Below are positions 1 through 13,746 of a stretch of 64,000 nucleotides of DNA, in pieces. Source of the DNA: Octopus sinensis (Eukaryota); the NCBI RefSeq assembly GCF_006345805.1, contig NW_021833230.1:17697-81696 (forward strand). Direction: 5' to 3'. Position numbers and translations under genes: made by a program. The first letter of the stretch is position 1; each line of letters starts with the position of its first letter. A model generated the notes under the pieces. That model did no database searches. It saw only the letters and a list, made by a program, of their open reading frames with translations, and was not told the DNA's origin.

Positions 1-3000
1 ACATCACCACCAGCACCACCACCATCACCACCATCACCACCATCACCACACCAGCACCACCACCACCACACCAGCACACACCACCATCACCATCACCACC
101 ACCACCATCACCATCACCACCATCACACCACCAGCACCAGCACCACTCACCACCATCACCACCACCATCACCATCACCACCAGCACCATCACCACCACCA
201 TCACCACCAGCACCACCACCAGCACCATCACCACCATCACCATCACCAGCACCACCATCACACCATCAATCACCACCACCATCACCACCATCACCATCAC
301 CACACCACCAGCACCACCACCATCACCACCATCACCACACCATCACCACCAGCACCACCACCACACCACCATCACCACACCATCACCACCAGCACCATCA
401 CCATCACCACCACCACCACCACCAGCACCACCATCACCACACCATCACCACCATCACCACCACCATCACCACCATCACCAGCACCACCACACCACCACAC
501 CATCACCTCACCACCATCACACCACCACACCATCACATCACCACCATCACCACCACCATCACCACCACCACCACCACCATCACCACCACCATCACCACCA
601 TCACCACCACCAGCACCACAACCACCATCACCAATCAGCCCATCACCACCATCACCAGCACCATCACCACCAGCACCACCACCATCACCACACCATCACC
701 ACCAGCACCACCACCATCACACACCACACCACCACCATCACCAGCACCACACCACCATCACCACCATCATCACCACCACCCTCACCACCAGCACCACCAC
801 CATCACCATCACCACCATCACCATCACCATCACCATCACCAACCAGCACCACCACCAGCACACCACCACCATCACCATCACCAGTCACCACCACCACCAG
901 CACCACCATCATCACACCACCATCACCAGCACATCACCACCACCACCACCACCATCACCACCACCACACCACCAGCACAGCACACCATCACCCACCACCA
1001 TCACCACCATCACACCACCACCAGCACCACCACACCACCACCATCACCAGCACCACCATCACCATCACCACACCATCACCACATCACCACCACCATCACC
1101 ACACCATCACCACCACACCAGCACCACACCACCAGCCCACCATCATCACACACCAGCAACCAGCCACCACCAGCACCACCACCATCACCACCACCAGCAC
1201 CACCATCACCATCACCATCACCACCTCATCACCACCATCAGCACCACACCATCACCACCATCACCACCACCATCACCATCACCACATCACCATCACCACA
1301 CCACCAGCACCACCACCATCACCACCACCATCACCACCAGCACCACCACCAGCACCATCACCACACCACCTCACCACCACCATCACCACCACCATCACCA
1401 CCATCACCAGCACCACCAGCACCACCACCATCACCACCATCACACCACCATCACCCACCACCATCACCACCAGCACCATCACCATCACCACCATCACCAC
1501 CATCACACACCACCAGCACCACCATCACCACCACCACCTCACCATCACCACCACCAGCACCACCACACCATCACCATCACCACCAGCACCAGCACCACCA
1601 CCACACCACACACCACCACCATCACCACCTCACCATCACCATCACCACCATCACCATCACCAGCACCATCACACCAACCACACATCACCAGCACCACCAT
1701 CAACACCAGCACCACACCATCACACCACCATCACCACCACCACCACCACACCACCACCATCACCACCACCATCACCACCATCACACCATCACCATCACCA
1801 TCACCACCATCACCATCACCATCACCACCACCCACCACCAGCCAACCACCATCACCACCACCATCACCACCCAACCATCACCACACCACCATCACCATCA
1901 CCATCACCACCGCACCATCACCAGCACCACCATCACCACCACCATCACCACATCACCACCACCAGCACCAATCATACACCACATCACCACCATCACCACC
2001 ACCAGCACCACCACAGCACCACCATCCCAATCACCATCACCATCACCATCACCATCACCATCAATCCCATCACCACCATCAACCACCATCACCATCACAC
2101 AACCATCACCACCATCACACCACCACCACCAGCACCAGCACCATCACCATCACCACCATCACCACATCCCCACCAGCACCACCACCATCACCACCATCAC
2201 CATCAACCAGCACCATCACCACCAGCACCATCACCATCACCACCATCAACCACCATCACCACCATCACACACCACCAGCACCACACCACCATCCCATCAA
2301 CCACCAGCACCATCACCATCACCACCATCACCATCACCATCACCCCACCACACCACCACCATCACCACATCACCATCACCATCACCATCACCACCATCAC
2401 CATCACCATCACCATCACCATCACCACGCACCACCACCAGCACCATCACCATCACCAGCACCACCAGCACCAGCACCATCACCACCACACCACCACCACA
2501 CCACCATCACCACCACCATCACCACCACACCACACCAGCACCACCATCAACCATCACCATCCCCATCACCACCACCAGCACCAACCCAGCCCCCTCACCA
2601 CACCACCACCACCACCATCACCTGCACCACCACACCACCACCAGCACCACCATCACCATCACCATCACCAGCACCAGCACCACCACCCACCATCAACAGC
2701 ACCATCACCAGCACCAGCACCACACCACACCACCACCACGCACACCATCACCACCAGCACCACCACCAGCACCACCATCACCACCACCAGCACCACCAGC
2801 ACCACCACCAGCACCACATCACCAGCACCAGCACCACCACACCAGCACCATCACCACCACACCACCACCAGCACCAGCACCATCACCACCAGCACCACCC
2901 AGCACCACCACCAGCACCACCATCACCAGCACCACACCACCAGCACCACCACTCAGCACCACCACCAGCACCACCATCACCCACCAGCACCAGCACCACC

Positions 3001-5420
3001 AGCACCACTCACCACCACCACCACCATCACCACCACCACACCACCACCAGCACCACCAGCACCATCACCAGCACCACCAGCACCACCATCAGCACCACCA
3101 CCAGCACCAGCACCACCACACCACCAGCACCACCACCAGCACCACCAGCACCAGCACCAGCACCACCAGCACCACCATCATCACACCACCATCACACCAC
3201 CACCACCACCAGCACCAGCACCACAGCACCATCACCACACCAGCACCACCATCACCACCACCACACACCACCACCACCAGCACCACCATCCCCAGCACCA
3301 GCCACCACCAGCCCACCATCATCACACACCACCACCAGCACCACCATCACCCACCACCAGCACCACCACCCCACCACCAGCACCAGCACCAGCACCACCA
3401 TCACCACCATCAGCACCACCACCAGCACACCACCAGCACCACCACCATCACCAGCACCACCAGCACCATCACCAGCACCACCAGCACCACCACCAGCACA
3501 CCACCACCACATCACCACCAGCACCACCACCAGCACCAGCACCAGCACCACCAGCCCACACCACACCACCACCAGCACCACCATCACAGCACCACCAGCA
3601 CCACCACCACACCACCACACCACATCAGCACCAACCACCACCACCAGCACCAGCACCACACCACCAGCACCACCATCAGCACCACCACCAGCACCACCAG
3701 CACCACCACACCAGCACCATCACCAGCACCATCAACCACCATCACCAGCACCATCACACCATCACCAGCACCACCACCAGCACCCCACACCACCACCAGC
3801 ACCACCAGCACCAGCACCAGCACCACCAGCACCACACCACCAGCCACCAGCACCACCACCACCATCACCAGCACCACCAGCACCACCAGCACCACCATCA
3901 GCACCACCACCACCACCATCACCACCACCAGCACCACCATCACCACCACCAGCACCACCACACCATCACCACACCACCAGCACCATCACCAGCACCACCA
4001 CCACCACCACCAGCACCACCACACCACCACCATCACCACCATCACCATCACCAGCACACAGCACCACACCATCACCAGCACCATCACCACACCACCATCA
4101 CCACCACCACACCACCAGCACCACCACCATCACCACCAGCACCACACCAGCACCACCAGCACATCCCACCAGCACCACCACCCACCAGCCACCACCAGCA
4201 CCACCACTCACCATCACCAGCACCATCACCAGCACCATCACACACCATCAGCCACCATCACCACCCAGCACCAGCACCAGCACCTCCCACACCACCATCA
4301 CCACACCAGCACCACCATCACCATCACCACACCAGCACCACCACCACCAGCACCACCATCCCACCACCACCATCAGACCACCATCACCAGCACCAGCACC
4401 ATCACCACCATCACCAGCACCAGCACCACCAGCACCACCAGCACCACCATCAGCACCACACCACCATCACCACCAGCACCATCACCATCACCACCATCAC
4501 CATCACCAGCACCATCACCAGCACCATCACCAGCACCAGCACCACCAGCACCACCAGCACCAGCACCAGCACCATCAACCACCAGCACCACCACCAGCAC
4601 CACCAGCACCAGCACCACACCATCACCACCACCACCACCACCAGCACCACCACAGCACCACCACCAGCACCACCCCAGCCACCATCACCACCACCACCAC
4701 CACCAACACCAGCACCACCACCAAGCACCACCAGCAACATCACCAGCACCATCACCAGCACCATCACCAGCCACCAGCACACCAGCACCACCAGCACCAG
4801 CACCAGCACCAGCACACCAGCACCACCCACCACCCAGCACCAACCACACGCACCAGCCACCAGCACCACCAGAACAACCAGCACCACCAGCACCACCACC
4901 AGCCACCAGCACCATCACCAGCACCATCAACCGCACCACACAGCACCAGCACCAGCACACCACCAGCACCAGCACCAAGCACCAGCACCAACACCACCAG
5001 CACCACAACAGCACCACCACCAGCACCAGCACCAGCACCCCCAGCACCACCACAGCCACCACCAGCACCACCACCAGCACCACCAGCAAACCATCACAGC
5101 ACCATCACCAGCACATCACCAGCACCAGCACCACCAGCACCACCAGCACCAGCACCAGCACCAGCACCACCACCACCAGCACCACCATCACCACCAGCAC
5201 CAGCACCACCACCACCAGCACCACCAGCAGCACCAGCACCAGCACCACCACCACCACCACCAGCACCACCACCAGCACCAGCACCAGCACCAGCACCACC
5301 ACCACCAGCACCACCAGCAGCACCAGCACCAGCACCACCACCACCACCACCAGCACCACCACCACCACCACCACCAGCACCACCAGCACCACCAACACCA
5401 CCACCGCCACCAGCAGCAGC
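1..5420. repeat. Imperfect mixed trinucleotide tract (CAC/CAT/CAG)n
   Basis: Almost entirely ACC, ATC and AGC triplets with frequent 1-nt slips. ATC-rich at the start and AGC-rich toward 5400. Runs off the left edge of the window. Confidence 0.97.
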
Positions 5421-6066
5421 TCTATCACCATCACCAGCGTCATCATTCTTCTCTTCTTCCTCTCCTGTTCTTCCCCTCCTCCTGCTCCTCGTGGTCATCA
5501 TCATGATCATCATGATCATGATCATGATCATCATCATCCGTAGAGGTATCATCATTGCCGAGGTCATTGCCTTCATCATGATCATTATTAAAATCCACAT
5601 GGAAACCATCGTCGACATCGTCGTCATCATCGTCAATCATTATTGCCACCCAGCATCTCCAAACCCAACGCCACCGTCCTCCTCCTCCGCATGATGATGA
5701 TGATGATAATCATCATTATCATCATCATCATCATCACCATCACCATCGTTATAATTCTCTTCATCATATTCGTATCATCTTTGAAGAGAACACTTATTAA
5801 AGTCGATTCGAAAGTCGCTGTCCCTAGGTACGACGTCGTGGTGGTCACGGATGGAGTATCTTTGATTATTATAGTTCTGCTTATTCAGTGTAAAGCTGGC
5901 CAGCAGTTTTAATAACACTAACAGCAAGAATAAGAATGACGGCTTCAATGAGGACTACAAAAAATTATGCAATGGTCACTATTAGATTGCCCTTTGCTCG
6001 TAAGTTCGCTTAGTCGAAGCTGATCGGACCTAGGGTGAAGTATTAACTACGTCAACAATAGGCACG

Positions 6067-6069
6067 GGT

Positions 6070-6146
<77 letters not shown>
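6067..6146. repeat. (GT)n microsatellite, followed by a degenerate 3' half of SINE family B (to ~6295)
   Basis: Pure GT run. The downstream CTTGAC..GGTGTGTACATCTCCGTAAGTTAGC..CATGGCCAC resembles 43705-43850. Confidence 0.8.
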
Positions 6147-6150
<4 letters not shown>

Positions 6151-6424
6151 TCTCCACTGCCACTTGACGCCCGGTAATGGTGTGTACATCTCCGTAAGTT
6201 AGCAGGGTGGAAAAAAAACTTAGTTAAACACAGCGGCAGCAACAAAGGAGTCTTCAACATGGCCACTCGAACTACTAGAAATAGGAGCTAAAGCCAAGCC
6301 ATAATATCTTGGGAAAGGAAAGAGTACTATGTATAGTGTGTTCGTACATTTGTTTTTCTTCAAAGGCCAGCTTCCAATTTACACGGTTAAGGAAAGTCCT
6401 CGTGCCAAGATTCCGAAACGACAC

Positions 6425-6704
6425 AATTGAGACGACAGCGGGCATCAACAGGATCAGTAACGAAAGAAGACGCTGACGCTGGGACTGGATCAGACACATC
6501 CTCAGATAAGATTAAGAAAGCGATTGTATGGTGGCACTAAAGTGGAAACCTGAGGGGGGGGGGTGAGCAACAGGGCGCCCTAAAACCACATAGCGAAGGA
6601 CCATTGACAAGAGAAGGAGACGGGAAGCTGGAAAAGCAGAAGGTGGAATGAGAGCAGAACAGTGACAGAAAACAGGGCTGGTTGGAGAGATCGTCTTGCG
6701 ACCT
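6425..6704 (+). mobile_element. RTE-clade LINE 3' ORF fragment, copy 1 (pseudogenised)
   Basis: Translates with stops as RRR*RWDWIRHILR..SDCMVALKWKPEG..GRPKTT*RRTIDK..ENRAGWRDRLA. This matches the RTE C-terminal pattern RRWxWIGHxLR..ALxWxPxGxRxxGRPKxTWRR..DRxxW. Confidence 0.85.
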
Positions 6705-6840
6705 AATATTTTAGATGGTTCGGAGAGAAATAACTAACCCCGAGGTGCCTGGCAGTGGTGTTAATGGTGTGAAAAACCCGAATGCTTGCAACAGAGTAGA
6801 TTTCACTGAAGGTACCCCGAAGTCTGTTGCAGTTTCTGTA

Positions 6841-7180
6841 ACGCAGACGCTGGAAATGGATCGCCATGTCCTCAGACAACATCAAGAAAGCGATTGTACG
6901 GTGGCACTAACGTGGAAGCCTGTGAGGGAAAGAGCAGCAAGGAGCCCAGAAAATCACATGTCGAAGAACAAATATTGATAAGGAAAGGAGACGAGAAGGG
7001 TGGTCAAGCTGGGATGACACCAGAACAGTGGCAGAAAAACAGCTGGTTGAATAGATCGTGTTGCAGCCTTTTGTGTCCCTTGGCACGGAGTGAGCTAACT
7101 AACTAACAAACAAACTAACTAACGGACCGACTGACCAACCGACTCACTCACTCACTCACTAACCAAATAACCAACTAGCT
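6841..7180 (+). mobile_element. RTE-clade LINE 3' end, copy 2, with (CTAA)n-type tail
   Basis: RRRWKWI..HVLRQHQESDCTVALTWKP..IDKERRREGWSSWDDTRTVAEK..RVAAFCVPWHGVS*, then CTAACTAAC.. tetranucleotide repeats. Clearly paralogous to 6425-6704. Confidence 0.85.
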
Positions 7181-7436
7181 AATTCGTACATACTTTCAGA
7201 AAGGTGAGATGGTCATGGCTAGAATGCTTTCGAACGTACATCTGCTCTGCCAGTATAGAGTTAGGTGGTCTCTAAACAACAAAAATATTAAAAGCGCAAC
7301 AATAAGCCCGTGATGGAGTCTCCAGGTGATCACGTGGATTGTTAGAAAATAACAACGAAATCCCCTCAGTTTACGCCTGATTGTCTTCGAAGACAGGCGA
7401 TACATTGACCTAGGTAGTCTTAGATATAGAGGAAAA

Positions 7437-8019
7437 GGTGGCGAGCTGGCAGAATCGTTAGCACGCCGGGTGAAATACTGCCGCTACGTTCTGAGTTCCA
7501 ATTCCGCCGAGGCCGACTTTGCCTTTCATCCTTTCGGGGTCAATTAAATAAGTATCAGTTACGCACTGGGGTCGATATAATCGACTTAATCCGTTTGCCT
7601 GTCCTTGTTTGTCCCCTCTGTGTTTAGCCCCTTGTGGGCATTAAAGAAATAGGTATTTCGTCTGCCTCTACGTTCTGAGTTCAAATTCCGCCGAGGCCGA
7701 CTTTGCCTTTCATCCTTTCGGGGTCAATTAAATAAGTATCAGTTACGCACTGGGGTCGATATAATCGACTTAATCCGTTTGTCTGTCCTTGTTTGTCCCC
7801 TCTGTGTTTAGCCCCTTGTGGGCATTAAAGAAATAGGTATTTCGTCTGCCTCTACGTTCTGAGTTGAAATTCCGCCGAGGTCAACTTTGCCTTTCATCCT
7901 TTCTGGGTCGATAAATTAAGTACCAGTTATGCACTGAGATCGATATAATCGACTTAATCCGTTTGTCTGTCCTTGTTTGTCTCCTCTATGTTTAGCCCCT
8001 TGTGGGCATTAAAGAAATA
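7437..8019 (+). mobile_element. tRNA-derived SINE family A, trimer (head + three ~184-bp bodies) with TSD
   Basis: A-box-like TGGCAGAATCG, B-box-like GTTCAAATTC and central GCCTTTCATCCTTTCGGGGTC..AAGTACCAG. Junctions AAGAAATAGGTATTTCG at 7652 and 7836. TSD AGATATAGAG(G/A)AAAA at 7422-7436 and 8020-8034. Confidence 0.93.
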
Positions 8020-8149
8020 AGATATAGAGAAAAAACTTGGATGGTCATAATTGGAACGCTTTGAATAGTATGACTGCTCGGTTAGAGCTAAATTGAGGTT
8101 AAACTACAGCTGGAACATCGGTAGCGTTGTTGATGCTTTGAGTGTTGTT

Positions 8150-8159
8150 GTGGTAGGCA

Positions 8160-8192
<33 letters not shown>

Positions 8193-8562
8193 TTGATGAC
8201 GATTATGATAATGATGATGGTGTTCATAATGGTATTGGCGGTGATGGTTAAGTTCAAGATAATGAAGATAATGAGAATGTTGATGACAGGATAATAAAGT
8301 TGAAGATAATGATGATTGATGCTGCTGTTGCTGCTGCTGCTGTTGCTGCTGCTGCTGTTGCTGCTGCTGGTGATGATGATGGTGATGGCAATTGTGCCGA
8401 CTTCGCCGATAAGACGACAACGACGATGAGGATGATGAAGTTGGTCTTCATATTGGTATTGTTGCTGACGATCCGATTGATGATAATGAAGATAATGAGA
8501 ATTTTGATGATGAAATAAACAGGATGTTGTTATTATGGTTCTTGTTGTTGATGATAATGATA

Positions 8563-8601
<39 letters not shown>

Positions 8602-8642
8602 GCGACGATAATGATGTTGGTGATGATGATGATGATGATGAC

Positions 8643-8720
<78 letters not shown>

Positions 8721-8725
8721 AATGC

Positions 8726-8779
<54 letters not shown>

Positions 8780-8787
8780 CGACGATA

Positions 8788-8822
<35 letters not shown>

Positions 8823-8827
8823 AATGC

Positions 8828-8878
<51 letters not shown>

Positions 8879-9030
8879 CGACGATAATGATGATGGTGGT
8901 GATGAGGATAATGATGACAGTGGTGGTGGTGGTGGTGGGTGGGGATAAAGATGATGATGATGATGATGATGTTGGTGATGGTGATGATGATGATGATGAT
9001 GATGACGACGACAAACGACGGCGATGATGG
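8150..9030. repeat. (GAT)n / (GCT)n microsatellite complex
   Basis: Long GAT runs at 8560-9003 with a ~100-bp higher-order duplication (ATAATGCTG at ~8719 and 8821). Confidence 0.95.
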
Positions 9031-9533
9031 CTGCAGTATTGTTGGCGGGTGGGTATTAACGGAATTTGACTATTTGTCAAAATTCCGGATATGGATTTTT
9101 TAATTTCTTTATTTCTTTATTGTTGTTTTTCACTTTGTATACGACACACTGTTAACCCCATACGTGTACTTTAGTAACGTACGCGAGTATGTGTGCGTTT
9201 GGGTAAGTGCGTGTGCGCGTCCGATATGGCTCTCTTGATATTTTCTTCACACAAGCCTATGAAACTCATCCGGCTTTCCAGCTCCTATCTCATATTCATC
9301 GCCGAAGCACTCACCTCTTACATATTAATTATACTTAAGAGAATACCTTGGATATTTCACTTTTTCTTCATTTACAGCGTGAAACTAATATGAAAACTAT
9401 GCATTTCCGTTTCTCGTTGGCTTGTGTTATCCTAAGGTGATACTACCTACGAAAATTTTGCACCGCACAAATTGTTGAATTATGATCACGTGGTTGTTAG
9501 ATCAGAACCGAAATGGAGTTAACAAGAACAAGA

Positions 9534-9621
<88 letters not shown>

Positions 9622-9624
<3 letters not shown>

Positions 9625-9854
9625 ATTTCTTTACTACCCACAAGGGGCTAAACACAGAGGGGACAAACAAGGACAGACAAACGGATTAAGTCGATTACAT
9701 CGACCCCAGTGCGTAACTGGTACTTAATTTATCGACCCCGAAAGGATGAAAGGTAAAGTCGACCTCGGCGGAATTTGAACTCAGAACGTAACGGCAGACG
9801 AAATACAGCTACGCATTTCGCCCGGGGTGCTAACGTTTCTGCCAGCTCGCCGCC
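9622..9854 (-). mobile_element. SINE family A monomer within (CTA)n
   Basis: Full reverse-complement copy ending GCCAGCTCGCCGCC, with (CTA)n on both sides (9535-9621 and 9860-9917). Confidence 0.93.
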
Positions 9855-9859
9855 GTTAT

Positions 9860-9917
<58 letters not shown>

Positions 9918-10030
9918 GATTACAACGGCTCTGCATTCAGTTCTTCGGGGACGATGAAATAATTAAAAGTCAAATAACGAGGTCGATATAATCAACATTA
10001 CAACAACCACCAAATATGTTTCCATATAAT

Positions 10031-10238
10031 TTGGCAGACTCGTTACCACACCAGGTAAAATGCTTGGTGGCATTCGTCTATCCTTACATTCTGAGTTCAA
10101 ATTCCGACAAGGTCAACTTTGTCTTTCATTCTTTCGGAGTCGATAAAATAAATACCAGTTGTACACTGTGGTCGATGTAATCAACTGGTCCCTTCTCCCG
10201 AAATTTCAGGCCCTGTGCCTTTAGTAGAAAGGATTATT
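10031..10238 (+). mobile_element. SINE family A, alternative 3' tail (older subfamily)
   Basis: Same head and centre as family A, but the tail is CCCGAAATTTCAGGCCCTGTGCC..GTAGAAAGGATTATT. Confidence 0.85.
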
Positions 10239-10449
10239 ATCCTTTTTTTTAATCTTTTTATCTCAGGTTTCGTTGGAACTCCCGGAGTCTTGCATGCGAA
10301 GCGGGCTTACTACCTACGGCCTACAGGACCATTCTATCTGTTCTTTTCAACGATCTGATACTTTCCTGTTTATGAATTATTATCATCATAATTATTATTT
10401 CAGTGTCTTTGTATTGTCCCCCTCATCCCTTGTGGCAAATAAATGAAAT

Positions 10450-10800
<351 letters not shown>

Positions 10801-10820
10801 TACTTGTACTGCTACTTTTA

Positions 10821-11030
10821 AGGTAGCAATGCAGCAGAATCGTTTGCACGCCAGACAAGAATGCTTTGTGGCATTTTCGTCCTCCATCTTTACCTTCTGA
10901 ATTCAAATTCCGCCGACTTCCATCCTTTCGGAGATCAATGAAATAAATACCAGTTGAGCACTGGGATCAATGTAATCGATGAGTCCACTTTGCCAACATT
11001 TCTGGCCTTGTACTTCAAGTAGAAAGGATT
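10821..11030 (+). mobile_element. SINE family A, alternative-tail copy
   Basis: GCAGAATCGTT..TTCTGAATTCAAATTCCGCCGA..AATACCAGTTGAGCACTGGG..GGCCTTGTAC..GTAGAAAGGATT. Confidence 0.8.
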
Positions 11031-11068
11031 GTTGTTGCTATCTTCAATAACCGTCGATAGTAGAATAA

Positions 11069-11330
11069 TAAAATAAATAAATGCGCCATTTTAAAGCCTA
11101 GCCAGGCTCATGGGCCCGGATTCCCAGTTTCAATGGCGTATGTATTCCCCAGCTGGACGGGACACCAGTCCATCGCAGCGTTACTCAATTTTGCCAGCTG
11201 AGTGAACTGGAGCAACGCGAAATGAAGTGTTTTGCTCATGAACCACAACGCGTCGCCCGGTCCAGGAATCGAAACCACAATCTTATGATCATGATGCTGA
11301 CAGCCTAACCATTAAGCCACGCGCCTCCAC
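11069..11330 (-). mobile_element. tRNA-derived SINE family C with 12-bp TSD
   Basis: Minus strand starts GTGGAGGCGCGTGGCTTAATGGTTAGG (A box) then GGTTTCGATTCC (B box), and ends in (TTTA)n. Perfect TSD ATAGTAGAATAA at 11057-11068 and 11331-11342. A degenerate second copy lies at ~25325-25460. Confidence 0.92.
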
Positions 11331-12212
11331 ATAGTAGAATAACCTTGTGGTATTTCAGTTACTTCCCTTTATATCTTAGGTTCTTGAATTCCTCCACGTC
11401 CGACTTTGTCGTTCTTTCTTTCCGGTATCGATAAAAAGAAAGCGTCTGAAAAATCCACTGTTCGTGATTTTACATGGCCGCTAAACCCGCAGAAAATAGC
11501 AACCTGACATGAAACCCTAACAAATAACTGAAAAGACACATTTGATAACGTAGTCTAGGTCACGCGGTCACGCTAACACACACACACACATACACACACA
11601 TACACACACATACACACACACACATACACACACACACATACACACACACACACATACACACACACACACGCACACACTCACTCATGCACACACGCACAAA
11701 TCGAGATGCACACGGCTCGATTCGTTCAGGACTAAGTCTAGGGTTAACGGCAACAACTTCAACAAAACAAATAAATCTTAATTAAGGGCATAGCCCATAT
11801 ATATTTGAAAGTCCATAAACCCCCTTTCTCCGACCTCTCCACGTTTGTGACCATGAGCCTATGCTAGAAATCATTCATATTCTGATACTATCTTGAGATC
11901 CTTAGGCTGGCTGTTATCTTCACCGTCTTTCTCTACTGTCCGAAGTCGTTTCTGACGGAAATAACTCTTTTCTCTCTCTGTCACTCCCGTCAGCGCAGTC
12001 TATGGAGCTTCCCCACGTAAACGTGAACGTGAATGCTTCATTTCTGATTTACATTCTGTTTTTATTGCGTTTCCATTGTAGTGGTCGTTCTTTGGCTTGC
12101 GTTCTGATGCAGAAAGAACTGCATCGGTACAGTAATGAAATATATAGTCTATCGGTGGCGCGAAGAAATGCGGGGAGGGATAGAGACAGCTAAAAGAGAA
12201 AGAGAGAGACAA

Positions 12213-12270
<58 letters not shown>

Positions 12271-12393
12271 GGGGGAAAGAAAGAGAGAAAGGAGAGAGAG
12301 AAAGGAGAGAGAGAAAGGAGAGAGAGAAAGGAGAGAAGGGGAATTGAAAAAAGAAAAAGTTTGAGAGAAACAGATGTTGGCAAGAAGAGAGCT

Positions 12394-12433
<40 letters not shown>

Positions 12434-12459
12434 AAAGGAGAGAGTGAGACGGGTGAGGA

Positions 12460-12515
<56 letters not shown>

Positions 12516-13550
12516 GGAGAAAGAAAGATTGAGTTGAAAGAAGAAAAGGAAGGCTAAAATTTTGAAGACTCCTTGAGACAGGGTAAATATTTAGTAATTT
12601 TTTTTATCACTTATTTCATTATTTTTCTTTCTTTTTTTTTCTTCAGCCTCGACGGTCTTTATAAAGCAACGCATCTGTCACCAGATAAAATAACCATAAC
12701 GAAGAGTCATTATTCGATTCTATTTCACTCCTTCTAATGTCAGACTGGGTGGTGGCAACAGTAATCGGTGATGATAGCGGTGATGGTCGTGATTGTAATG
12801 GTGATGGTAGTGGTGGTGGTGGTGGCAGTGGTGGATGTGATCTCGGTGATAGAGGCTTGCAGTCGTTACCAGTACGGAGAGTGATTGAATGAGTCGGGGA
12901 GTAAAAACAACACTAGATTCGTCAATGTGATAACTACATTGCCTTTTGCTTCAATCAGTATTATTACGAACTGCAATTCATGGCTTCTGTTCTGTTTTTA
13001 GACAGTTCTAGCATTCAGGCAACAGTAATACTAGATGGTAATTCCACGTTTGGTACATATAACAAGGCTGTTAACGTCTTCCGCTGCTCCACCCAATACA
13101 AATGTTATGGCTGCTGTTACAATTCACTTGATTTTTGTTGGTAGCTATCTACAGCTAACAGTAGGTCGAGAATAGTCATTTCCAAATATCCTATTGACCA
13201 TAGCAGTCAATGGAAATTAGTACTTTATAAGTAATAAAAATGAAAGAAATATAAAACTATAAAAAATACAAAAACGAAACAAAACAATAGGAGCAGAAAA
13301 GTATGAGTTTATAAAACATCACCGCTGCAGACAGAGAGAAAATAAAACATAAAAGTGTACAAAAGCCGTTCGTATAAACACAGATATGTCGGACGCAGAA
13401 AATTGGACACCTGAGAAATTAGGAGAGAACGTTAAGTGCAGACATACACAGACACACATACGCGTACATGTACATATGAGTGCGTTTGCGTATATATATA
13501 TATATATATATATATATAATGATAATAGTAAGGATCACTACGAAGTATAT

Positions 13551-13583
<33 letters not shown>

Positions 13584-13606
13584 TACATACATACATATAT
13601 GCATAC

Positions 13607-13637
<31 letters not shown>

Positions 13638-13702
13638 TGCATATATGTATATATATATATAATATATATATATATATAATATATATATATATAATATATA
13701 TA

Positions 13703-13746
<44 letters not shown>

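Noticed and set aside
43-5912. Val/Met/Gly-rich ORFs on the minus strand
   Set aside because: They are translations of (GGT/GAT/GCT)n in several overlapping frames, with no unique domain or splice context.
7437-8019. CRISPR-like or tRNA-gene interpretation of the tandem units
   Set aside because: The units are whole 184-bp duplicates without unique spacers, and the heads have A/B boxes but no complete cloverleaf. They are SINEs.
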